Source: an uncultured Gammaproteobacteria bacterium | GTDB lineage: Bacteria > Patescibacteriota > Microgenomatia > Daviesbacterales > UBA10151 | Reading direction: 5' to 3' | Length of the DNA: 64,000 nucleotides | NCBI GenBank assembly: GCA_964547465.1 | Contig: CAZJNI010000002.1 | Location: 6,043-70,042 of the forward strand | In this document: piece after piece, positions 38,894 through 47,911 of the stretch | How the letters are laid out: each line of letters opens with the position of its first letter | Numbering within the stretch: the first letter of the stretch is position 1 | Translations under genes and position numbers: made by a program | Notes under the pieces: model-generated | What the model was told of the DNA's origin: nothing | Databases searched by the model: none | What the model saw: the letters and a program-made list of their open reading frames with translations, nothing else

Positions 38894-38965
38894 GCGGTGG
38901 TAGTTCAGCAGCAGAATGTCTCCTTCCCAAGGAGAAGGTCGGGGGTGCAAATCCCCTCCACCGCT
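38894..38965 (+). tRNA. tRNA-Gly(CCC)
   Basis: Acceptor GCGGTGG/CCACCGC, TCTCC-TTCCCAA-GGAGA; atypical D loop AGCAGCA and T loop TGCAAAT. Confidence 0.85.
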
Positions 38966-38976
38966 CAGCGAGATCA

Positions 38977-40524
38977 ATGCCTAAGTTTTCTTGGCTCATT
39001 CTAATTTTCTTTTTGGCTTACTTTCTGCTGGGTCTTTTTATCTTTAGAGATTACGGATCTTATTGGGATGAACCAAGGGATAGACTTACAGGTATAGTTG
39101 CCTTAAAATTTGTGCTATTTAAAGACCCGGAGCTATTTTCTTACAGGGACCGCTACTATGGAACTGCTTTTCAGCTGCCGTTGGTTGCTTTGGAAAAATG
39201 GTTGAGAATTGATAGTCCTCCTGAAATTTATTTTTTAAGACACTTTTCCACCTTTTTATTATTTTTTATAGCGGTTTTTATTTTTTACCTGCTTTGTAAA
39301 GACTATTTCAAAAACTTTTGGATTGGGGTTTTGGGTGCAACTTTTTTGATTTTAAGTCCCAGAATTTTTGCTGATAGTTTTTATAATTCAAAGGATCTAG
39401 TGTTGCTTTCTGCTTTTATCATTAGCTCTTATACAATGTATCGCTTTATCAAAAGTCCCAATATCCTTTGGTCCACCCTTCATGCAGCAGCCTGTGCCTT
39501 TGCTGTTGACGTCAGATTAGTAGGATTACTTATCCCGGGATTTACGGCTCTGTTTATATTATTTGATGTTATAGTCTCACCTGCTTTTGGTGGTTTCTTA
39601 AAAACAAAAGTAATTCCTCTTGGTATCTTCATTCTATTTTTTTGGCTATTTGTCATTCTTTTCTGGCCCTTTCTCTGGAGAAATTCCCTTACAAACTTTA
39701 TTGACGCTATCGGTTTTATGAGTAAGTTTGAAGCTTATGGAGGAACAGTTTTGTACCTTGGTCAATTTATAAAGGCAAATCAAGTTCCCTGGCATTACAT
39801 TCCTGTCTGGATCTTTTTTACTACCCCGTTGCTTTATACATTGCTATTTCTTGTGGGGATGCTGAAAACACTTATAAGACTTAGGTACCATTTGAGAGCC
39901 ACTTACCGTAAAGAAAAGATCCTCCTGCTATCACTTCTTTGGCTACTAATTCCCTGGGTTTTAGTTATTAACTCTCATAATGAGCTCTATGACGGCTGGA
40001 GACATTTTTATTTTATCTATCCGGCCTTTTTATTAATAGCTCTTTATGGTTTTTACGCTATCTGGGAATTATTTAAAAATGTAAAATTTGCAAAGGTTGC
40101 GGCCGTTATAGTTATTTTGGGTAATTTTGCCTGGGTTGGGCGCTTCATGGTTATTAATCATCCTTATCAATATCTTTATTTTAATGAGGCTATTGGGGGA
40201 ATGGAAAATGCCAAAAAGAATTTTGATCTTGATTATTGGGGTTTAACTTTTAAAAAGGGGTTAGAATTTATAGCACAAGAGGATCAGGGTAGCGCCATAC
40301 CTTATATGCTTGAATTTGGATCAGCAGGGAATGTACAAATTTTACCAAAAAAGGATTGGGAACGCTTTGTATTCATTTATGATTTCCAAAAGATGGATCA
40401 AGCTAAATATATCTTAAGCAATTATCGTTGGCATCCGCAGGATTATCAAGGTCAGAACGAGATTTATAGCCTTAAGATAGATAAGACTAAAGTTATGAGT
40501 GTATTTAAGGCTCCATTTAAATAA
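38977..40524 (+). CDS. GT-C glycosyltransferase (ArnT/PMT-like)
   Basis: DYG..WDE, SPR.F..SF.N.KD, PWHY, LYDGWRHF.F, DYWG. Confidence 0.8.
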   Translation: MPKFSWLILIFFLAYFLLGLFIFRDYGSYWDEPRDRLTGIVALKFVLFKDPELFSYRDRYYGTAFQLPLVALEKWLRIDSPPEIYFLRHFSTFLLFFIAVFIFYLLCKDYFKNFWIGVLGATFLILSPRIFADSFYNSKDLVLLSAFIISSYTMYRFIKSPNILWSTLHAAACAFAVDVRLVGLLIPGFTALFILFDVIVSPAFGGFLKTKVIPLGIFILFFWLFVILFWPFLWRNSLTNFIDAIGFMSKFEAYGGTVLYLGQFIKANQVPWHYIPVWIFFTTPLLYTLLFLVGMLKTLIRLRYHLRATYRKEKILLLSLLWLLIPWVLVINSHNELYDGWRHFYFIYPAFLLIALYGFYAIWELFKNVKFAKVAAVIVILGNFAWVGRFMVINHPYQYLYFNEAIGGMENAKKNFDLDYWGLTFKKGLEFIAQEDQGSAIPYMLEFGSAGNVQILPKKDWERFVFIYDFQKMDQAKYILSNYRWHPQDYQGQNEIYSLKIDKTKVMSVFKAPFK

Positions 40525-40591
40525 ATTACCCAAATTTCTACATATCTACTTAATTTCTTGTATAATTTTATCTGTGCCATGGAGATTGTAG

Positions 40592-40663
40592 GCCGACTTG
40601 GCTCAATGGTAGAGCAGCTGTTTCGTAAACAGCAGGTCACTGGTTCGATTCCAGTAGTCGGCT
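40592..40663 (+). tRNA. tRNA-Thr(CGT)
   Basis: GCCGACT/AGTCGGC, GCTGT-TTCGTAA-ACAGC, ACTGG-TTCGATT-CCAGT. Confidence 0.93.
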
Positions 40664-40679
40664 CAAAAATACCGTATCG

Positions 40680-42497
40680 TTATTTACTCGCCTCAATTAG
40701 GCCTTGTCTGGCAAATTGATTTTGAGGATCCAAAGATAGAACTTGATTAAAAATTTGTTTTGCTTTTTCTTTATCACTTTTAGCCAGATAAACTATCCCT
40801 AAATTATTTACTAAATTTAAATTTTTAGGATTAACCATAATGGCTTTTTGAATATATTGCAGTGCTAAATCATATTGTTTTTGGTCAAAATATAAAGCGG
40901 CTATATTTTGAAAGGACTGCCAGAGGTTTGGATTTATTTTGGCTGCCATTTGGTAACTTTCCATTGCCTTGTCCATTTGACCCATTTCCCTGTAGGTATT
41001 TCCCAGGTTATGATAAGCATCAGCATAGTTTGGTTTTAGCTCAATTGCCCTGCTAAATTCCCTCAAAGCTCCTTCCTTATCGCCGCGTCGTCCGTACACA
41101 TCCCCTAAATTATTGTGTGTATTAGGAGAAGAAGGGGAGGTTTTGCCTGTTGCTATCCAGAGATTATCTTCGTTTTGCCAGTCTATCCCTCTAAAAAAGG
41201 TTCTGACAGACAAGGCCAGAATTATTAAAACAAAAATAATATAAAGTGTATTAGTAAACTTTTTCCTAAGTAAAATTAACTTGTCCAATCCTAAAGCCAG
41301 AAGAGTGAAAATACCTATACTCGGTAAATAAATATACCTTTCTGCTACTATCCAGTTTAACCTGAATGGGGTGAGAGTTGGGGATAGAGCAATTATAAAA
41401 AAGGATAACCAGAAGAAAGTAGATTTATCTTTTTTGAATCCAACAAGAATAAGTCCAAAAAATGCCAGAGTTAATAAAGCTCTCATGGCAAATGAAAAAT
41501 TACCAAAAGCAAGTTCAGAATGATAAAGGGTTAAAATTTTGGGGAAAAATATTAATTCTGCATAAGATGAGATAGCAATTGGAATTTGAATTAAGGGATT
41601 ATCTACACCTTTTTCCTGATAATGGACAGTCTGCAAAGTTGTTTCTCTTTCAGGTAAAGCAGCAAGGTTCACAAAAACATAAACAAGAGCAAGTATTAAA
41701 AAGGGGATAAATTTAAACCAGTTCTTCTTAAGGCTTCTAAAGCAAAAATCATACAAAGGATAGATTACAAAAAGCGCTGCAGGCATCACAGGGTGCGACA
41801 TTAAAGATAGAAGATAGAAGATAGAAGATAGAATATAGAAAAGCTTTTTTTCTGAAGATAAAATATAAAACAGAAATGATAAAAGGAAAAAGAAGCTATA
41901 TTGTGCATACATGCCTCCGGAAATCCAAAGCACAGCTTCTGCGATAGCCGGATGCACTGCAAACAAGGCGGAGGCAAAAAGAGCAATTCTTTTTGATTTG
42001 TATATTAGAAAAATAATAAAGTAGACAAGATAAGAAGACAAAAGATGGAAAATTAAATTAGTAAGCCTGAACGTAAAAGGATTAACTCCTCCAATGTGTA
42101 CAGATGCCCAATAAATAAAATGTCTGATTGGCCCAAAGGGATATTGCAATATGCGGGAAAAGTCTGCTATTTCAGGTTTTTGAGCAATTTCTGCAATATC
42201 ATCAGATATAAAGGCATTATTTAGAAAATATGTATAAGTAAAAATTACCAGTAGGCTTAAGATTAAAAGGTTGATCCAGTGATTTTTAATCCAGGATTTT
42301 TTATCAATATGATTTGGAGGGGTGCGATTATTTTTGTGTCTTTTTAAGAAAATATTCAATTTTTCCTTACCCCATTTTTTGCCTAAATAACTTAAAATTT
42401 CTTCTCTGGGGAGCGTTAAATTACCGGCAATTTCCTCTATAGTTTGCTCCTTGAGGTGTTTTTTTAGATAACTTTTTTGACTATGGGTAAGTTGCAT
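40680..42497 (-). CDS. TMTC-like GT-C membrane protein with C-terminal TPRs
   Basis: F.SDD, N..FH, FAVHP...EAV.WIS, AERY.YLP, W.....LW, TPR repeats. Confidence 0.85.
   Translation of the reverse strand: MQLTHSQKSYLKKHLKEQTIEEIAGNLTLPREEILSYLGKKWGKEKLNIFLKRHKNNRTPPNHIDKKSWIKNHWINLLILSLLVIFTYTYFLNNAFISDDIAEIAQKPEIADFSRILQYPFGPIRHFIYWASVHIGGVNPFTFRLTNLIFHLLSSYLVYFIIFLIYKSKRIALFASALFAVHPAIAEAVLWISGGMYAQYSFFFLLSFLFYILSSEKKLFYILSSIFYLLSLMSHPVMPAALFVIYPLYDFCFRSLKKNWFKFIPFLILALVYVFVNLAALPERETTLQTVHYQEKGVDNPLIQIPIAISSYAELIFFPKILTLYHSELAFGNFSFAMRALLTLAFFGLILVGFKKDKSTFFWLSFFIIALSPTLTPFRLNWIVAERYIYLPSIGIFTLLALGLDKLILLRKKFTNTLYIIFVLIILALSVRTFFRGIDWQNEDNLWIATGKTSPSSPNTHNNLGDVYGRRGDKEGALREFSRAIELKPNYADAYHNLGNTYREMGQMDKAMESYQMAAKINPNLWQSFQNIAALYFDQKQYDLALQYIQKAIMVNPKNLNLVNNLGIVYLAKSDKEKAKQIFNQVLSLDPQNQFARQGLIEASK
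41804..41838. repeat. Heptamer tandem repeat (AAGATAG)x5 inside CDS
   Basis: Four exact copies plus one variant. Confidence 0.8.
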
Positions 42498-42546
42498 GCA
42501 TTATAGATATTAAATCTTTCTTTTTTGGATGAAAAGAGTGGAAAAG

Positions 42547-43212
42547 TTATCTGGGTATAGTTAGAACCTGGCCGGGTTCAATAAGATCAGGATTTGCAAT
42601 ATTATTTGCTTTGGCAATCCGATCATAGGCGTAAATATTACCATAAGCTCTGCCTGCAATCTTTGATAGCCAGTCACCTTCGACTACGGTGTAGGTATTA
42701 GATGTAATTTCAGGACCCCAACTCTGTTGCATCATAGTGACATCCGGAGCCCCTTTTGATCCGGGTGCAGCATTAGATGGTTCCTCTATTGCAGGAGCTT
42801 CAGATAAGACTGGTACCTCTTCTATTTTTGGTATTTCCAAAACCTGACCTACCTCAATCTGATCAGGATTTGAGATATTGTTAGCTTTGGCAATTTCTGT
42901 GAATTTATATCCGTCTTTGTAATATTTTTCAGCGACAGTAAATAAGGTGTCATCTTCTTTAACAGTATATTTTCCGGGTAAATTTTCAGGGGAAACATCT
43001 TCTTCCATTTGGGTTTGTTGGGCCGGACCTAAATCTGCACTATTTTTGTTAAAGTAATTAAAAACTAAAATCCCCACAACTAAAACAATCAAAGCACCTA
43101 AAATCATGCTCAACCTTGATTGATTAGACTCAACTTGACCTTCCAGTTTTTCAACATAACTTTCATAAACTGGAGTTGCCCCATTTTTTTTATTTGAAGT
43201 TTTTCTTGCCAT
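42547..43212 (-). CDS. Membrane-anchored protein with two LysM domains
   Basis: YTV..GD.L..IA...Y....IA.AN.I.NPD.I..GQ.L.IP twice. Confidence 0.93.
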   Translation of the reverse strand: MARKTSNKKNGATPVYESYVEKLEGQVESNQSRLSMILGALIVLVVGILVFNYFNKNSADLGPAQQTQMEEDVSPENLPGKYTVKEDDTLFTVAEKYYKDGYKFTEIAKANNISNPDQIEVGQVLEIPKIEEVPVLSEAPAIEEPSNAAPGSKGAPDVTMMQQSWGPEITSNTYTVVEGDWLSKIAGRAYGNIYAYDRIAKANNIANPDLIEPGQVLTIPR

Positions 43213-43329
43213 TTTTTTTGGAGCAGTTTAGTTTAAGGAGCAGAATTACAAAGCATTTTTATCCTATAAACGAAAGTTTGTCAAGGGGCAATTATGTAAA
43301 CTAATTGCCTCAAGGGGGCAAATCTGCGG

Positions 43330-43356
43330 GCCACGTTCATGTAAACTGAACGTGGC
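43330..43356. repeat. ACGTT hairpin family copy overlapping tRNA-Asp 3' end
   Basis: gccacgttca-tgtaaac-tgaacgtggc. Confidence 0.7.
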
Positions 43357-43428
43357 GGGGCCGACGGGAATCGAACCCGCTATCTTCTCCGTGACAGGGA
43401 GACGTGATGACCGGTTCACTACGGCCCC
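43353..43428 (-). tRNA. tRNA-Asp(GTC) with encoded CCA
   Basis: Reverse complement GGGGCCG...TCTCC-CTGTCAC-GGAGA...TTCGATT...CGGCCCC-G-CCA. Confidence 0.93.
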
Positions 43429-43449
43429 AACTTCTGATATATTAGCATC

Positions 43450-45216
43450 ATGGAGTATTCTAATCAACGTCTGGCTAAGATGCTTAGGAGTGTGGCTGCT
43501 GCCTACACTATCAAGAAAATTGGTAATATTTTTCAAATCAGGGCTTATGAAAATGCAGCTGATTCTATAGAGAATTCAACAGTTGAAGTTTCGGATCTGT
43601 GGCAGGAAGGTAAGCTGGATCAGGTTCCTGGTGTGGGGGAAAGCCTTAAAGGATATTTGGATGAGCTTTTTAAAACAGGTCAGGTTAAACATTTTGAAGC
43701 AGTAAAAAAAGGTATACCTGATGTGGTTTTTGACCTGTTGGATGTTTCCGGTGTTGGACCCAAGACTGCTCAAAACTTAGCAAATTTGGGGGTTTCCAGC
43801 CTGGATGAGTTAAAAAGATGGATAAAGAGTGGAGAATTGGTACGAAAAGGTTTTTCTTCCAAGCTGGCCCAAAATATCATGGGTGGTTTGCATGAGTTGA
43901 ATCAGCGGGATAACAGGATGCTTTTGCCTTATGCTGCAGTCCAGGCTGAAAAGATTTTGGATTACCTTAAAAAATCAAAGGATGTTTTGGATGCTCACCC
44001 GCTAGGATCACTCCGTAGAATGGTAGCAACAGTTGGAGATTTAGATTTTTCCGCTTCCTCAAAAAATCCCAAAGTTGTGGTTGATTATTTTTGTAAAATG
44101 CCTGCTATTGCCAGAATTTTAGATCAGGGTATAAACAAGGCTACAATTGTACTTAAAAGCGGTGTTCAGGCAGATTTATTAGTTGGTGAGCCTGATTCTT
44201 ACGGAGCCCTTCTACAGCATTTTACAGGCTCTAAAGCCCACAATATTAAGTTAAGGACACTGGCAATTGGGAAAGGGTACTCTTTATCAGAACATGGAGT
44301 TAGACGAACTGAAGGTGGAAGATTGAAGGTGGAAGATGGAAAGCTCATAAAAACAGAAACAGAGGAGGAGTTTTATAAATTATTGGGTATGGATGTGCCT
44401 GCTCCGGAGTTAAGAGAAGATACTGGGGAGATTGAGGCCTCATTAGAGCATAAACTACCCCGGCTGGTAAGTTCAGATGATATTAAGGGAGATCTTCATC
44501 TTCATTCCAATTTCCCAATCGAGAAGCCATCACATGCTCCTGGAGTTGATTCCATCGAAGAAATCATTAGAAAAGCAATGAAGTTAGGCTATATGTATGT
44601 GGGCATCTCAGACCATTCTCCCAGTTTTAATTTAAGTAAGGATAAAATAGTAGCAACAATTGAAAAGAGGACAAAATTTATTCAACAATTAAAACAGAGG
44701 ACAAAAAGTATTCGAGTACTAAATGGACTCGAAATAGATATATTACCCAATGGAGCATTGAGTATTCCAGATGAGGCTTTGGAAACTTTAGATTATTGTA
44801 TTGCCGGCATTCACTCCGGGCACAGAGGCGAGAAAGATGTAATTACTAAAAGATTAATCTCTGCCTTAAATTCTCCTCATGTTGATATTATTTCTCATCC
44901 AACTAATCGATTATTAAATGAAAGAGATTCATCTGATGCAGATTGGGAAGAGATTTTTAAACTGGCAGCCAAAAATGGAAAGATTTTGGAAATTAATGCA
45001 TACCCAAACAGGTTGGATTTAAGGGATGATCTGGTAAGAATGGCCAAAAATTATGGGGTGAAATTTATTATCAACACAGATGCTCATCGAATAGAACAAA
45101 TGGATAATATGAAATTTGGGGTGGCTGTTGCCAGGCGTGGCTGGGCTGAAAAAAAAGATATTGTAAATAGCTGGAACTGGACAGATTTTGCAAAATGGTT
45201 TAAGATACAACTATGA
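43450..45216 (+). CDS. polX: DNA polymerase X / PHP exonuclease
   Basis: GSLRR...VGDLD, HFTGSK.HN, PELRE..GE, DLHLHS, DHS, NTDAH. Confidence 0.95.
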   Translation: MEYSNQRLAKMLRSVAAAYTIKKIGNIFQIRAYENAADSIENSTVEVSDLWQEGKLDQVPGVGESLKGYLDELFKTGQVKHFEAVKKGIPDVVFDLLDVSGVGPKTAQNLANLGVSSLDELKRWIKSGELVRKGFSSKLAQNIMGGLHELNQRDNRMLLPYAAVQAEKILDYLKKSKDVLDAHPLGSLRRMVATVGDLDFSASSKNPKVVVDYFCKMPAIARILDQGINKATIVLKSGVQADLLVGEPDSYGALLQHFTGSKAHNIKLRTLAIGKGYSLSEHGVRRTEGGRLKVEDGKLIKTETEEEFYKLLGMDVPAPELREDTGEIEASLEHKLPRLVSSDDIKGDLHLHSNFPIEKPSHAPGVDSIEEIIRKAMKLGYMYVGISDHSPSFNLSKDKIVATIEKRTKFIQQLKQRTKSIRVLNGLEIDILPNGALSIPDEALETLDYCIAGIHSGHRGEKDVITKRLISALNSPHVDIISHPTNRLLNERDSSDADWEEIFKLAAKNGKILEINAYPNRLDLRDDLVRMAKNYGVKFIINTDAHRIEQMDNMKFGVAVARRGWAEKKDIVNSWNWTDFAKWFKIQL

Positions 45217-45761
45217 TAACTTACATTATTGTGGGGGTTATTGTACTTTTAGCTTTCTGGTTACTCGCAACTTACAATTCTTTGATAACTTTAAGAAATA
45301 GAGTCAGGGAAGCCTGGTCTCAAATTGATGTTCAACTTAAAAGAAGGTCTTCTCTAATTCCAAATTTGGTTGAAGCTGTAAAAGGTTATGTTAAGCACGA
45401 GAAAGGTGTGTTGGAGGAAGTAACAAAGGCCCGTACATCTTTGATGAGCGCTAAAAGTCCGCATGAGGCTGCTGATGCGGATAATATGCTTACTGGTGCT
45501 TTAAAATCCCTTTTTGCTGTGGCGGAGAATTATCCAAATCTTAAAGCATCGGAAAATTTTATTAAGCTTCAGGATGAACTTTCGGATACGGAAACAAAAG
45601 TTGCTGCTTCCAGGCAATTCTATAATACTAATGTTTTAGATTTAAATAATTCTTTGGAAACTATCCCTTCAGCTTGGGTAGGATCTATGTTTGGTTTTAC
45701 TAAAGAGGATTTCTTTAAAGCCTCTGACGAAGAAAAAGCCGATATTAAGGTTAAATTCTAA
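45213..45761 (+). CDS. lemA: LemA family protein
   Basis: [31 protein letters not shown]. Confidence 0.96.
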   Translation: MITYIIVGVIVLLAFWLLATYNSLITLRNRVREAWSQIDVQLKRRSSLIPNLVEAVKGYVKHEKGVLEEVTKARTSLMSAKSPHEAADADNMLTGALKSLFAVAENYPNLKASENFIKLQDELSDTETKVAASRQFYNTNVLDLNNSLETIPSAWVGSMFGFTKEDFFKASDEEKADIKVKF

Positions 45762-45764
45762 ATA

Positions 45765-45790
45765 GATTGCTTCGTTTCGCTCGCAATGAC
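45765..45790. repeat. GATT...AATGAC-type REP-like hairpin
   Basis: gattgcttcgtttcgctcgcaatgac; same ends as the 61645-61668 element. Confidence 0.6.
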
Positions 45791-45819
45791 AAGTCAGATT
45801 TGGTAAAATACATCCACAT

Positions 45820-46743
45820 ATGGCAACTATTAATACTGCATGGGATCAAGTTGGGGCAAATACTTTTAAAACATGGTTGATCATGTTTTTCTTTTCAGTC
45901 TTTACTGTAGCTGTGGTATATGTGCTAGCCAGAGGTTTTGGATATGGAGAAGTAGGGGGATTGGGAATAGTGGGATTTGCTCTGATTATGGCTGGGGTGA
46001 TGAATTTTGTATCTTACTTTTACTCAGATAAAATTGTCTTAGGAATTTCCGGAGCTAAACCAATTAAGAAAGAAGATAACCCGGAAATTTACAGAATTGT
46101 GGAGAATCTTTGTATTGCTGGGGGACTACCTTTACCTAAAGTTTATATAATTGATGACACTGCTACCAATGCTTTTGCTACAGGCAGGGATCCAAAACAT
46201 GCAGCTATTGCTTTTACTAAAGGAATTTTACAGAAATTAAATAAACAAGAGTTAGAGGGAGTTACCGCACACGAGCTTTCCCATGTTGGAAATAGAGATA
46301 CTTTGGTGATGGCTGTAGTTTCTATCTTGGTAGGGACAATTGCCCTGTTATCAGATTTTTTTATGAGGAGCATGTGGTATGGATCGCGAGACAGGGAAGG
46401 TAGAGGTAACCAGCTGTTTGTAATTTTGGCTATAGTAGCAGCTATTCTGGCTCCCCTGGTGGCAACCTTGATACAACTGGCAGTTTCAAGAAGAAGAGAA
46501 CTTTTGGCAGATGCATCAGGAGTACTTTTGACACGTTATCCGCAGGGTTTAGCATCAGCCCTGCAAAAGATTTCATCTGATAAAGAGCCTTTAGAAGTAG
46601 CAAATCGTGGCACTGCCCACCTTTACATAATTAATCCTTTAAAAGGACAGGAAGCAAAAGCCTGGTTAGCAGGACTTTTTAACACTCATCCTCCGATTGA
46701 AGCCCGTATAAAAGCCCTGCGCGAAATGGAAGGTAAGGTCTAA
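45820..46743 (+). CDS. htpX: Zinc metalloprotease HtpX
   Basis: NAFATGR, HELSH, SRRRE..AD, THPP...RI. Confidence 0.95.
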   Translation: MATINTAWDQVGANTFKTWLIMFFFSVFTVAVVYVLARGFGYGEVGGLGIVGFALIMAGVMNFVSYFYSDKIVLGISGAKPIKKEDNPEIYRIVENLCIAGGLPLPKVYIIDDTATNAFATGRDPKHAAIAFTKGILQKLNKQELEGVTAHELSHVGNRDTLVMAVVSILVGTIALLSDFFMRSMWYGSRDREGRGNQLFVILAIVAAILAPLVATLIQLAVSRRRELLADASGVLLTRYPQGLASALQKISSDKEPLEVANRGTAHLYIINPLKGQEAKAWLAGLFNTHPPIEARIKALREMEGKV

Positions 46744-47282
46744 GGGTTTTTTTGTCTTTCAATGAATTTTATATTTGTAACTTCATAATCTGGTTCTAGT
46801 AAATAGATAACTATCATAGCGTCTCGATTCTTAATATTTTTGTAAGTTATTATTCTTTTATCCTTTTCATTAAAAAAGGGACGGGGAAAATCATTCGGAT
46901 TAGCTGTCAAGATTACAGATTTGGAAATAAATGCTGTTGCTGCAATTATTTTATCGCAATCTGAAATTTGTGTATCTGATATTCTTTCAGCTCTATATAA
47001 ATCGGCAAGCCAAGCAGCCATAATTAAAACTTGCTTACCGGCATCTAATTGTGTAAATAAGTTAAGAGTTTTAAAAGCTTCGTCTTCTTTGGCTTCGTTG
47101 CATCTTTGGATTGCTTCGTATATGGTAACTTGAGATATTGCTCCAATGAAATTTTGATTACTTGTTAATTCTAAAATATATTTGACAATTTGACTTGATC
47201 TGTTTTGCGGAGAAGTACCTGCAAATTGAATAATATTTGTGTCAATGATAAGGTAGGATTGTTGTGGGGTTGTTTCACTCAT
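46740..47282 (-). CDS. PIN domain protein (VapC-like toxin)
   Basis: IIDTNI, T.YE, D.IIAATA, ILTAN..DF. Confidence 0.85.
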   Translation of the reverse strand: MSETTPQQSYLIIDTNIIQFAGTSPQNRSSQIVKYILELTSNQNFIGAISQVTIYEAIQRCNEAKEDEAFKTLNLFTQLDAGKQVLIMAAWLADLYRAERISDTQISDCDKIIAATAFISKSVILTANPNDFPRPFFNEKDKRIITYKNIKNRDAMIVIYLLEPDYEVTNIKFIERQKNP

Positions 47283-47484
47283 TTAAAGATGGGGGTATAA
47301 ATGTGTCTTTATCTGCAGCCTTTTTGAAAGCATCAAGTATTTGTCTTGGGGATGAGGTTGAAGTAGAGCTTGTACCCACGCTGCTAGCACCTACCTTAAT
47401 AGTTCCAGAGGGTAAATAAATGGAGTTTGTAGAAACAAAGGGTTTTTTAGAGAGTTTTGTTTTGGAAAATTTCTTTTTACTCAT
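47275..47484 (-). CDS. Small basic protein, putative antitoxin
   Basis: 69 aa, overlaps PIN start by 8 nt; TATAAT-like element just upstream. Confidence 0.5.
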   Translation of the reverse strand: MSKKKFSKTKLSKKPFVSTNSIYLPSGTIKVGASSVGTSSTSTSSPRQILDAFKKAADKDTFIPPSLNE

Positions 47485-47551
47485 AGAATCATTATATATC
47501 AAATATTCAATTATTAACAGAGTGGATAAATTAAAGTATAATCCTCTTAAG

Positions 47552-47848
47552 ATGAAATTAACTAAAGATGCTGTTAAACATGTGGCCAAGTTGGCCAACT
47601 TACCTCTGACCGAAGAGGAGGAAGAAAAATATTCAAAGCAGCTTTCTGAAATTTTAGAATATATTGATCAGCTAAATTCTGTTAATACTAAAAATGTAGA
47701 GCCAACTTTTAACGTTTCAGGGCAAGAAAATGTCATGAGTAAAGATGAACTAGGGGACTGTACTATACCTTCTGATGATGCTTTATCAAATGCTTCTAAA
47801 AAGGAAAATGGATTTTTTGTAACTAAAGGAGTTTTTCAAGAGGAGTAA
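47552..47848 (+). CDS. gatC: Asp/Glu-tRNA amidotransferase subunit C
   Basis: V.HVAKLA.L, L..IL.Y..QL..V.T..VEP, NA.....GFF. Confidence 0.92.
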   Translation: MKLTKDAVKHVAKLANLPLTEEEEEKYSKQLSEILEYIDQLNSVNTKNVEPTFNVSGQENVMSKDELGDCTIPSDDALSNASKKENGFFVTKGVFQEE

Positions 47849-47853
47849 TTACT

Positions 47854-47902
47854 AGGTCGCACCTTAGTTCAGGTGCGTCCTAGGTTAAGGTGCGACCTGA
47901 AC
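47854..47902. repeat. Cluster of three AGG-N5-CCT REP-like units at 17-nt period
   Basis: aggtcgcacct, aggtgcgtcct, aggtgcgacct; units 1 and 3 are inverted. Confidence 0.75.
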
Positions 47903-47911
47903 AGATAAGAT

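Noticed and set aside
43264-43570. ORFs 43264-43536 and 43352-43570 (also 38781-38999)
   Set aside because: They overlap tRNA genes and are translation artefacts.
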